Shown here: positions 9,833 to 17,050 of the stretch, piece by piece
How positions within the stretch are numbered: position 1 is the first letter of the stretch
Layout: each line of letters starts with the position of its first letter
Assembly (NCBI GenBank): GCA_964230645.1
Contig: CAXRHT010000002.1
Coordinates: forward strand, 960,001-1,024,000
Source of the DNA: Bdellovibrionales bacterium
GTDB lineage: Bacteria; Bdellovibrionota; Bdellovibrionia; Bdellovibrionales; JAGQZY01
Direction of reading: 5' to 3'
DNA: 64,000 nucleotides
The notes under the pieces: model-generated
Seen by the model: only the letters and a program-made list of their open reading frames with translations
Databases searched by the model: none
What the model was told of the DNA's origin: nothing
Program-made: the position numbers and the translations under genes

Positions 9833-9947
9833 GGGGTCACCTCTATAGTTCTAACTATAGAGGTTTTTACTCCCAACGGAATCACAGAACTGTGCACTCA
9901 ATGTGCACAAATGTTTACATTTACTCCGAAAAGCCTTGTATTAGACT

Positions 9948-10676
9948 TCACCAACGGTAGGAAAAGCCCCAAGTTCCCACACTGTAGAGGGTTTCCGAGT
10001 CAAAGAGCTCCTGTTGATAATGCAGAAAAGTAGAGAATCCGCGGGTAAAATTAACGGCCACCCTGGGGCCGAGAACAAGGGCCACACTATTGCCTCCCGT
10101 ATATTTAGGATCTCCGAATACAAACGAGGCATCCAGTCCAATTTCTAAAAAAGGAAAGTCGAGAAAGTAGAAGTGAAAAGGTGTCGTCCCAAGACCAGTG
10201 ATGAGCTGAAAGTCGAAACTGTTGTCCTCTCCACCGTAGTATCCCGAAAAAGTTCTCGGCTCCCCCTGAGGAAGCAAGAGGTTACCGTGGAAATCAAAGT
10301 AACGACTCCAGTTGTAGCGCACCCCCAAATTGTAAACAGAGTGAATTATGAATTTGTTCCCGTAGCCTTGATCGGTTTGTGAAAAAGAATCGGAAATTCG
10401 ACCCACCGTTTGTGAAGAGATAGAGCCAACCCCGAGGCTTGCCACCCATTGGCGATGCTTAGCCTTGGTCTTTTTTTCTACGTCTTGTTTCTTAGCTTTA
10501 CTTAGAGTTTGGTTTTTAGAGGAAAGAGAGTCCTGATCTTTTTCAGAATTCTCCTGCTCCTTTGACTGGCTATTTTTATCTTTAACAAAATAAAAATTAT
10601 AAGTGTCCTCAGCTAAGCCTTGAGAGGGCCAGAGATTCACACAAAAAAGGCCTACGAAGATCGCTCGATAAATCAC
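9948..10676 (-). CDS. Outer-membrane beta-barrel-like protein, mature N-terminus EDTYNFYF
   Basis: Signal peptide ending GLA; alternating beta-strand pattern; C-terminal FSYRW BAM-type signal; paralog of the next gene. Confidence 0.75.
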   Translation of the reverse strand: MIYRAIFVGLFCVNLWPSQGLAEDTYNFYFVKDKNSQSKEQENSEKDQDSLSSKNQTLSKAKKQDVEKKTKAKHRQWVASLGVGSISSQTVGRISDSFSQTDQGYGNKFIIHSVYNLGVRYNWSRYFDFHGNLLLPQGEPRTFSGYYGGEDNSFDFQLITGLGTTPFHFYFLDFPFLEIGLDASFVFGDPKYTGGNSVALVLGPRVAVNFTRGFSTFLHYQQELFDSETLYSVGTWGFSYRW

Positions 10677-10679
10677 TTT

Positions 10680-11501
10680 TTACCAACGATAGGCAAGGGA
10701 TAAAGAATGAACGCTAAAGTCTGTGTCGGAGTCCAAATCTTTTTTATAGGCATAAACCATTGAAAGATGATCTCCAAACTTCACAGCCGCTCGCGGACCT
10801 AGATAAAGGGCATTACCAGAGGCACTGACTTGACGACTATAGGTCGATAAGTCGCCACGATCACCAAACATGACTCCACCATCGACACCAATCTCTAAAA
10901 ACTCTCCGCCAAAAATGTCTAAGTGAATGGGAGTCACGCCAAGGCCTATTAGAGCTTGAGGGCCAAAGGAATCATTGATCCCTATACTACGCCCATTGGC
11001 TTCGTAGTCACCGTTAGCAATATGAAACTCACCATTTACATCAAAGTATTTGGACATATGGTAGCGAGCTCCAAGAACGTAGGTTTTTTGAGTGACCTCA
11101 CCAAGATAAGTGTAGCTCTCAGCTGAAAAACCACCAACTCCAAGGTTTACCGACCAACCAGAACGATTGCTGTCATTTTCTTGATCTCTTGAGCTTGTCC
11201 TCACCTCACTTCGAGCCGACTCTTCAAGGTCACGCCTTCTGACATAAACTTTTTTCTTTTTACTTTGAGCCGGCTGCCAATTGTCGGGCACTAAAAGAAC
11301 ATCATTGGGAACCTCGACGATTTCTTCGCGTGGCTCTTCAACAAGAACAGCTTGTTCTTTATTTGAAGGCTCCTCTTCTTGTTTTTTATCTCCAGACTTT
11401 TGGAAATAGAAGTTGTAAACATCTTCGGCTTGAGCCCCTTGGGTTACAAACAAGCACGACAGAAGCACAGTACCTATAGTTTTCATTTTTATTGTTTTCA
11501 T
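10680..11501 (-). CDS. Outer-membrane beta-barrel-like protein, mature N-terminus EDVYNFYF
   Basis: Signal peptide ending AQA; beta-strands; C-terminal LAYRW; GGAGG RBS. Confidence 0.78.
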   Translation of the reverse strand: MKTIKMKTIGTVLLSCLFVTQGAQAEDVYNFYFQKSGDKKQEEEPSNKEQAVLVEEPREEIVEVPNDVLLVPDNWQPAQSKKKKVYVRRRDLEESARSEVRTSSRDQENDSNRSGWSVNLGVGGFSAESYTYLGEVTQKTYVLGARYHMSKYFDVNGEFHIANGDYEANGRSIGINDSFGPQALIGLGVTPIHLDIFGGEFLEIGVDGGVMFGDRGDLSTYSRQVSASGNALYLGPRAAVKFGDHLSMVYAYKKDLDSDTDFSVHSLSLAYRW

Positions 11502-11531
11502 AAATCCTCCATATTATTCGCCCCCTCCTTA

Positions 11532-11547
11532 TTCAAAGGCTGGACCA
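11532..11547 (-). promoter_or_regulatory. sigma54 -24/-12 promoter for the two barrel genes
   Basis: TGGTCC-AGCCT-TTGAA versus consensus TGGCAC-N5-TTGCW. Confidence 0.65.
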
Positions 11548-11561
11548 AATGGCACGGAATT

Positions 11562-11574
11562 TAAGTTATTGATT
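11562..11574 (-). promoter_or_regulatory. IHF-binding consensus
   Basis: AATCAA-TAAC-TTA matches WATCAA-N4-TTR; lies between the UAS and the sigma54 promoter. Confidence 0.6.
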
Positions 11575-11608
11575 TCACTAGCTTTTGCTCTCAATGAAAC
11601 GACCTTTT

Positions 11609-11644
11609 CCGACATTCTTGTCTTTCTGCATGACATCTCTGTCA
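11609..11644. promoter_or_regulatory. Putative enhancer (UAS), copy 1
   Basis: CCGAC-ATTCTT-GTC-TTTCT-GCATGACA-TCTC-TGTCA; two GACA-N4-TGTC palindromes 21 bp apart. Confidence 0.7.
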
Positions 11645-13399
11645 TGTATCCATGTTTTCTAGGTAACGAAAAAGCGTGCGAGGGGTCACTCCTAAAAGTT
11701 CGGCGGCTTGTGCTCTTTTGTTGTTCGATTTCTTCAAAGCCAATTTTACCTTCTCCATCACAAAGCGATTTTTTGCTTCTTCCAAATTCTCACCCCCAAG
11801 CCAACTCAAGGCGGCCCCACCATCATCTTTGCTCTGAGGCCCACCGATGCGCAAATGCTGCACTTGAATCACGTCACTGGGGCAAAGTGCTATGGCGCGC
11901 TTCACGGCACTAAGAAGTTCACGAACATTTCCTGGCCACTCTTGAGCTTGTAACCAAGCCAAGGCGTCGGCAGAAAATCTTTTTTCTGAATGGGCTTCTT
12001 TTAAAACCTCATTGGCAATAAGAGTAATATCGTTTCGACGCTTTCTAAGAGGGGGGATCTCAAAGCTCACTTCGGCCAATCGGTAGTAAAGATCTTGACG
12101 AAACTCTCCTTTATCAACGAGTTCACGCAAGTTTTTGTGAGTGGCACAGAGAATTCTAACATCCACTTCAATGGCTTTTTCACTCCCCAGGGGTTCAATC
12201 ATTTTTTCCTGCAGCACCCGAAGAATTTTCACCTGCAAGGGCCCTGGTAAATCTCCAATCTCATCAAGAAAAAGTGTGCCGCCACTGGCTTGCAAAAACT
12301 TTCCTCTCTGATCTTTTATGGCACCAGTGAATGCCCCTTTCCTATGACCAAATAACAAACTCTCTAAGAGTTCACTGGGAATCGCACCGCAATTGACTGC
12401 CACGAAGTCTTTAGACGCTCTTTCGCTCATCTTGTGAATCCACTGGGCCATGACCTCTTTTCCAACACCCGTTTCCCCTTCAATGAGTAGGGAAAGGTCC
12501 GAGCCAGCCAACTGCTCAGCTAACTTAATGTTCTCAAGAAGATCATCATCCATTGTGGTCAAGGGTGAGCGACTTTGCTTTTGAGAGGCTCTGAGCATCT
12601 CCACTTCTTTTTTTAAGACCAAGTCGTTTAAATAAAACTTTAGCATCAGAGCGGCCAACTGAACGTAAGCTTCAGCAGTTAGAGTTTGTTGTTCGGTGAG
12701 ACCTGAGTGCGGCCTTTCGGCTCCAACCATAAGCACACCGAGAACTTCCCCTCTCACACATAGGGGCCAAGCACAGACAGACATAAAGCCTGTTCCCATG
12801 AGAGACTTACTTTTCTCAAAGGCACTTCCAATAATATTTTGAACAATCGTCGGCCTTTGGGTGGTGATTGTCTTTTGCACCAATGTCTCTGAAAGCCAAG
12901 GTTCATCTTGACCAATATTTTCTTCAGCCAACATTTTAAATTCGCCCTGAGGATTGCTCGCAATCACCAAGCCTTTATCCATTTCGAAGGCCGCAATCAT
13001 GGTTTCAAGTAACAGATCCATGGAACCTTTTAAATCGCCCGGCTGAGAAAACTTTTGCACGAGCACTTTCACATCATCAGCAAAACGTCCCTCGATTTTT
13101 TTGTTTTGGTTTTCAGTACTGGCCACTTTCTCAGGAAGAAGAAGCAAAGTCAGATCCAAAAGTTGGAAGTGCTCAAAAGGGTCGAGCTGAACATTGGACT
13201 GATTTTTCTTTCCCTTTAGACAGTGAATACTCAAGCCTTGGGGGGTTGGAGACAAGATAAGGTAGTCGTCTTTGTATTTTAGACCAGAAAGGCTCACACC
13301 AGTGGACTGTTCGCCACCCACAGCCATAAGTCCTCTCACGTCGACAAATTGATTTTCTTTGGGTCCGATCACACAGAGTTGCCAGGATTGTTGAGACAT
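11642..13399 (-). CDS. sigma54-dependent enhancer-binding protein: N-terminal domain, GAF, AAA+, Fis-type HTH
   Basis: GETGVGKE, AVNCGAIP, GAFTGA, FLDEIGD, WPGNVREL, AAELLGVTPRTLFR; no receiver domain. Confidence 0.95.
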   Translation of the reverse strand: MSQQSWQLCVIGPKENQFVDVRGLMAVGGEQSTGVSLSGLKYKDDYLILSPTPQGLSIHCLKGKKNQSNVQLDPFEHFQLLDLTLLLLPEKVASTENQNKKIEGRFADDVKVLVQKFSQPGDLKGSMDLLLETMIAAFEMDKGLVIASNPQGEFKMLAEENIGQDEPWLSETLVQKTITTQRPTIVQNIIGSAFEKSKSLMGTGFMSVCAWPLCVRGEVLGVLMVGAERPHSGLTEQQTLTAEAYVQLAALMLKFYLNDLVLKKEVEMLRASQKQSRSPLTTMDDDLLENIKLAEQLAGSDLSLLIEGETGVGKEVMAQWIHKMSERASKDFVAVNCGAIPSELLESLLFGHRKGAFTGAIKDQRGKFLQASGGTLFLDEIGDLPGPLQVKILRVLQEKMIEPLGSEKAIEVDVRILCATHKNLRELVDKGEFRQDLYYRLAEVSFEIPPLRKRRNDITLIANEVLKEAHSEKRFSADALAWLQAQEWPGNVRELLSAVKRAIALCPSDVIQVQHLRIGGPQSKDDGGAALSWLGGENLEEAKNRFVMEKVKLALKKSNNKRAQAAELLGVTPRTLFRYLENMDT

Positions 13400-15108
13400 T
13401 ACAAGACCCCCTTGGCGCGAATGGTTGTGGTTTTGTCTTTTTTCACAAATATTTCATTTTCAATAGGAAGATAGCCTTCTTTCACCATTTTCACCTTATG
13501 TGTTCCGGGCTTCACTTTAAAAGCCTCGAGATCACTCGTTTTGACTTTTTCTCCATCCACAAATATTTCCACATCATCATCCACTTCAAAACTTAAGACT
13601 CCCAATTCCGGCTTCGGAACCATAGGCTTTCTTTTTGCTTTCTTTGGCTTAGTCTCTTTCACTTTCGCCACTTTTTTTGTGGGCTTTGACTTAGGTTTAG
13701 GCTTTACAGGCTCTGGCTTCTTAGGATCTTCTTTTTTACCAACAGCTAAGGGATCTTTGATTTGATTGTCGCTTTTAGCTTCCGTCTTGTTTTTTTCTTC
13801 CTCTTTAGCAACTACAGACAAATTTTTATCTTTTTTCTTACTCTCTGTTTTTTCCGGCGACAGATCTTTTTCGTTAGTTGCGCCAATGGCAGCTGGAACG
13901 ACTCCCTCTTTCATTAGCTTAGGAGAAGCTTTTGCCGACTCTTCTCCAAAGTTCCGAAAGTCTACTAGAAAAAAGACACTCAAAGAAAAGAACACTAAAA
14001 CTAAGGGGGCCCATAGAATGGGATGAGGAGCTGCTATTTTCTTTTTATTCCTTAGCGCACCAATGAGCTCCATTGTCTTGGGGTCTTCGGGAAAAAGTCT
14101 TTGGTACTCATTAATTAGGCTCAACATCTTTTTTCGATCGGGTCTTTTCTCAGTAAGAATGTCGTTGGCTTGGGCTTCTAGGAAAATTTGTTTCTGTTTT
14201 AAGGCCTCTTTATAGAGCCCTGTATTTCTATCCTCAACTATGAGTTTTTGACACAAGGGCAGAAGGCCTGTGCTGTTAATATAACCCATGATCTCAGATT
14301 CAATGGCCCAAATGCTCTCCGGGCGATTCTCTTTTTTTAACTCTAAACACTGATCAATAAGATTGGCGATACGAGGAGGTATATGAGGAGCGATCTGATT
14401 TAAAGGAGTCACTGGCTCCATCGCTTTTTTAATGATTGCCTGCGCTGTTTCCCCTTGAATGGGGGGATGACCAGAGAGAAGTTCATAGGCGATCGCACCG
14501 AAAGAAAAAATATCAGACTTGATACAGCTTTTTTGCCCTTCGGTTGCTTCCGGAGCCATGTATCCAAGGGATCCAACGAGCAAACCTAACTTGGTCATGG
14601 TGAGGCGATTTAGCTCTTTGGCCAATCCAAAATCAGAAAGCTTTATCTCCCCTTGATTGGAAATCAAAACATTTTCGGGCTTTAGGTCTCTGTGGATAAA
14701 GCCTTTTTCATGAACAGCTCCGAGTCCTCTTGCCACCTGCACTAGAATCCAAAGGTCAGTTTCTAATAAGTGAGAGCGCTTATCCCGAATCCACTCACGA
14801 AGGTCGCAGCCTTCAACCAACTCTAACTCCAGACAGAGTTGGGAATTCACCATATGTTCGCCAAAGAGCTTGACCACATTGGGATGATCGAAGGTTTTTA
14901 AAATTTGAATCTCATCCTTGAGCCTTTTCAAAGACTCCGGGTCCTGGGAAACAAAGCTCAGAAAGCACTTTAGAGCGACAAGTCTGTCAGCCTCAAGGTT
15001 TCTAGCCTTAAAGACTTCCGCTGTCGCTCCAGCTCCTAAGCTGTTGATTTTTTCGAACTGACCATTTTTCATAGACCAGTGACTACCAACCACTGACAAC
15101 TCTGTCAT
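13399..15108 (-). CDS. Hanks-type Ser/Thr protein kinase with one TM, Lys/Pro-rich linker and C-terminal PEGA-like domain
   Basis: GAGATAEV, VALK, HRDLKPEN, DFG, GYMAPE, DIFSFG; VEIFVDG...PGTHKVKMVKEGY; TAATG overlap with the activator gene. Confidence 0.95.
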   Translation of the reverse strand: MTELSVVGSHWSMKNGQFEKINSLGAGATAEVFKARNLEADRLVALKCFLSFVSQDPESLKRLKDEIQILKTFDHPNVVKLFGEHMVNSQLCLELELVEGCDLREWIRDKRSHLLETDLWILVQVARGLGAVHEKGFIHRDLKPENVLISNQGEIKLSDFGLAKELNRLTMTKLGLLVGSLGYMAPEATEGQKSCIKSDIFSFGAIAYELLSGHPPIQGETAQAIIKKAMEPVTPLNQIAPHIPPRIANLIDQCLELKKENRPESIWAIESEIMGYINSTGLLPLCQKLIVEDRNTGLYKEALKQKQIFLEAQANDILTEKRPDRKKMLSLINEYQRLFPEDPKTMELIGALRNKKKIAAPHPILWAPLVLVFFSLSVFFLVDFRNFGEESAKASPKLMKEGVVPAAIGATNEKDLSPEKTESKKKDKNLSVVAKEEEKNKTEAKSDNQIKDPLAVGKKEDPKKPEPVKPKPKSKPTKKVAKVKETKPKKAKRKPMVPKPELGVLSFEVDDDVEIFVDGEKVKTSDLEAFKVKPGTHKVKMVKEGYLPIENEIFVKKDKTTTIRAKGVL

Positions 15109-15152
15109 GCACTTTCTACCCAGTGAAAGAAATTCATCGATGGGTGTCTAAT

Positions 15153-15695
15153 CTATGATCGAAAATAGAAGTTATAAATATCCCCGCCCTCTTTGCCTTT
15201 CTTTTTTCTTTTCTCCTTGATGAGTTTTTCAACCTGTTCTTTGATCACTTTGAAGTCTTCCGGTGGCACCTCAGCCTTGCGCTCCACCACTTTCGGCGAT
15301 TCGTTTTTTTCTTTTTCCTTTTTGGAATCGTAGCCTTGATAGATCACTTGAATGACAGGGGGCTGCTGTCCCTCTTTGGCTTTTGGAGTTTTAATTTGAA
15401 GATCCGGTATTTCTTCACTTTTAACAATCTGAGCTTCTTCTTCCACTTCCATGGAAGGCGGTTCCTCACTGACAGCCTCTTTAAAAAGAGGAACGGCTTC
15501 TTGGGTATTTTCCGGAATTTCTACGGCTTTGATCTCTCCCTGTTCTTCAATCACGGTTTCCTGATCAGCCTCTTCCATTGGTACCCACACTGTCTCCACT
15601 GTTTGCACCCTCTTCATCGGAAGAGATTTCGCAATGGCCTCCGGCCCTAGTAGTAAAAAGAAAAAGACTATATAGATATTAAATAAAGTTTTCAT
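15153..15695 (-). CDS. Secreted, highly charged protein ending GGDIYNFYFRS
   Basis: Signal peptide ending AIA; Glu-rich then Lys-rich; AAGGAG RBS. Confidence 0.75.
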   Translation of the reverse strand: MKTLFNIYIVFFFLLLGPEAIAKSLPMKRVQTVETVWVPMEEADQETVIEEQGEIKAVEIPENTQEAVPLFKEAVSEEPPSMEVEEEAQIVKSEEIPDLQIKTPKAKEGQQPPVIQVIYQGYDSKKEKEKNESPKVVERKAEVPPEDFKVIKEQVEKLIKEKRKKKGKEGGDIYNFYFRS

Positions 15696-15708
15696 TTTTT
15701 CTCCTTTT

Positions 15709-15737
15709 AGGGAGTTTGAAAAGTCACCAAACTCCCT
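15709..15737. other. Intergenic hairpin within the operon
   Basis: AGGGAGTTTG-N9-CAAACTCCCT, immediately 5' of the RBS of the gene starting at 15695. Confidence 0.55.
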
Positions 15738-15751
15738 TTTTCTTCATGGAT

Positions 15752-16303
15752 TCAGATCATTTCTTCTTTGATTTCAAACAGTAGATAGTCTTGCTTTCGA
15801 CATTGGAAATCGATAGAAACAAAGTGATTCTCTCCTTCGTTATCGACAAGTGCAGAGCATAGAACCATGCCGCCAATGCCACCGCCTTCAATGTCATAGT
15901 AATAAGTCTGACAACCACTTTTTTGACCAAATTTTAGAGTCATAGAATTCCCCAGGTAAACAAAGGAGGGAACCGGTTGTTCTTCCATGGTTTTAAGAGA
16001 CCCACTTTGTTCGGTTTGTACTTCGTAATCGGAGAGCTGCAGAGACTCTTGGATTTGTAAATCCCCTTTATCGACAAAACGATAGGCGACAACACGAAGC
16101 TCTCCAGTGGACGCATCATGGCGGCACTCCACACTACTTAGTTTTTCACGATAACCAAACTTTCGATCCTCTCCATCAAGTCCTACGAACTGCATATTGA
16201 GTTCGTTTCTCAAGGGACTGTCTTGAGGTGGTGAATTGCGGTCATCTTCACTGCAAGCGATTAGGACGGACGAAAGTAAAATTCCAAAAATTAACTTTTT
16301 CAT
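15752..16303 (-). CDS. Lipoprotein of unknown function (start MKKLIFG at 16303)
   Basis: LIAC lipobox; GGAG RBS; four further Cys. Confidence 0.75.
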   Translation of the reverse strand: MKKLIFGILLSSVLIACSEDDRNSPPQDSPLRNELNMQFVGLDGEDRKFGYREKLSSVECRHDASTGELRVVAYRFVDKGDLQIQESLQLSDYEVQTEQSGSLKTMEEQPVPSFVYLGNSMTLKFGQKSGCQTYYYDIEGGGIGGMVLCSALVDNEGENHFVSIDFQCRKQDYLLFEIKEEMI

Positions 16304-16343
16304 TGTTATTGCTCCTTTTAAAAAGTTTCTGGAGGCAAGAATG

Positions 16344-16359
16344 AGCAATGGGTGTACCA
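16344..16359 (-). promoter_or_regulatory. sigma54 -24/-12 promoter for the lipoprotein-kinase-activator operon
   Basis: TGGTAC-ACCCA-TTGCT. Confidence 0.8.
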
Positions 16360-16396
16360 GCTCTTCCCTTCTTATTTTTCATCTGAGGCTTCATAG

Positions 16397-16432
16397 CCGA
16401 CCTGGAGGTCATAGCGCATGACAGCGCTGTCA
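16397..16432. promoter_or_regulatory. Putative enhancer (UAS), copy 2
   Basis: CCGAC-CTGGAG-GTC-ATAGC-GCATGACA-GCGC-TGTCA; same architecture as 11609-11644. Confidence 0.7.
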
Positions 16433-16510
16433 GTATCCCTAAGAGATTTTCTGAATATATTAGGATTCAGGCCTTATTGAAGATCGGCCCAAGCCACCTA
16501 AGGAGTCATA

Positions 16511-16876
16511 ATGAAAATAAAAATGATCTTATTAGCCCTTATCTTTATACTTCCGTCTGTCGGTATGAGCCGAGAGGTCTTTAAAATAGAAATCGGTAGC
16601 AACTATGAACGCTATTCCAAAAAAGAATTAAGACGCCGAGTGTGGGAGTTAGAGCGAGCCGTGGCTCAACTGCAAGATCAAGTCTTTCATCTCTCCATGA
16701 GCCAGAATCAATATCAACCCGAAGAGTGGACCTGCCATATGCAATCTTTTGGTAAAACCCATATGGCCTCAGCCCGCACCCGTGGAAAAGCCCTCGCCCT
16801 TGTTATGTCAAAATGCTCAAGTGCGAGCAATGCCATTCACTGTGATTCTGGTGATGTCAGCTGTGATAACAGCTAA
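16511..16876 (+). CDS. Secreted hypothetical protein (coiled coil plus small 4-Cys domain)
   Basis: Signal peptide; AGGAG RBS; LRRRVWELERAVAQLQ. Confidence 0.7.
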   Translation: MKIKMILLALIFILPSVGMSREVFKIEIGSNYERYSKKELRRRVWELERAVAQLQDQVFHLSMSQNQYQPEEWTCHMQSFGKTHMASARTRGKALALVMSKCSSASNAIHCDSGDVSCDNS

Positions 16877-16895
16877 ACTTATCAAATAGATTTAA

Positions 16896-16925
16896 CGTCC
16901 ATTGCGTGCGATCATGCAGTGGACG
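16896..16925 (+). terminator. Hairpin after the hypothetical gene
   Basis: CGTCCATTGCGTG/CATGCAGTGGACG; weak T-tail. Confidence 0.4.
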
Positions 16926-17050
16926 AATTCTTCCGGTTCTAAGTTGAGATTGTAGAGATTTCTTATTGGCTATAATGCCTCAGGGCTGTATTGTGATGTC
17001 ATCTAGAAACTCAAATCAAAGTTGTACTGACTGTTAGCGATCGGAATCTC

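Noticed and set aside
11550..11564. TGGCACGG on the + strand as a sigma54 promoter
   Set aside because: The -12 element is TTAA rather than TTGC and it points antisense into the activator gene; the minus-strand element fits the gene layout
16304..16348. N-terminal extension of the lipoprotein ORF
   Set aside because: It overlaps the sigma54 promoter; the RBS and signal peptide indicate a start at 16303
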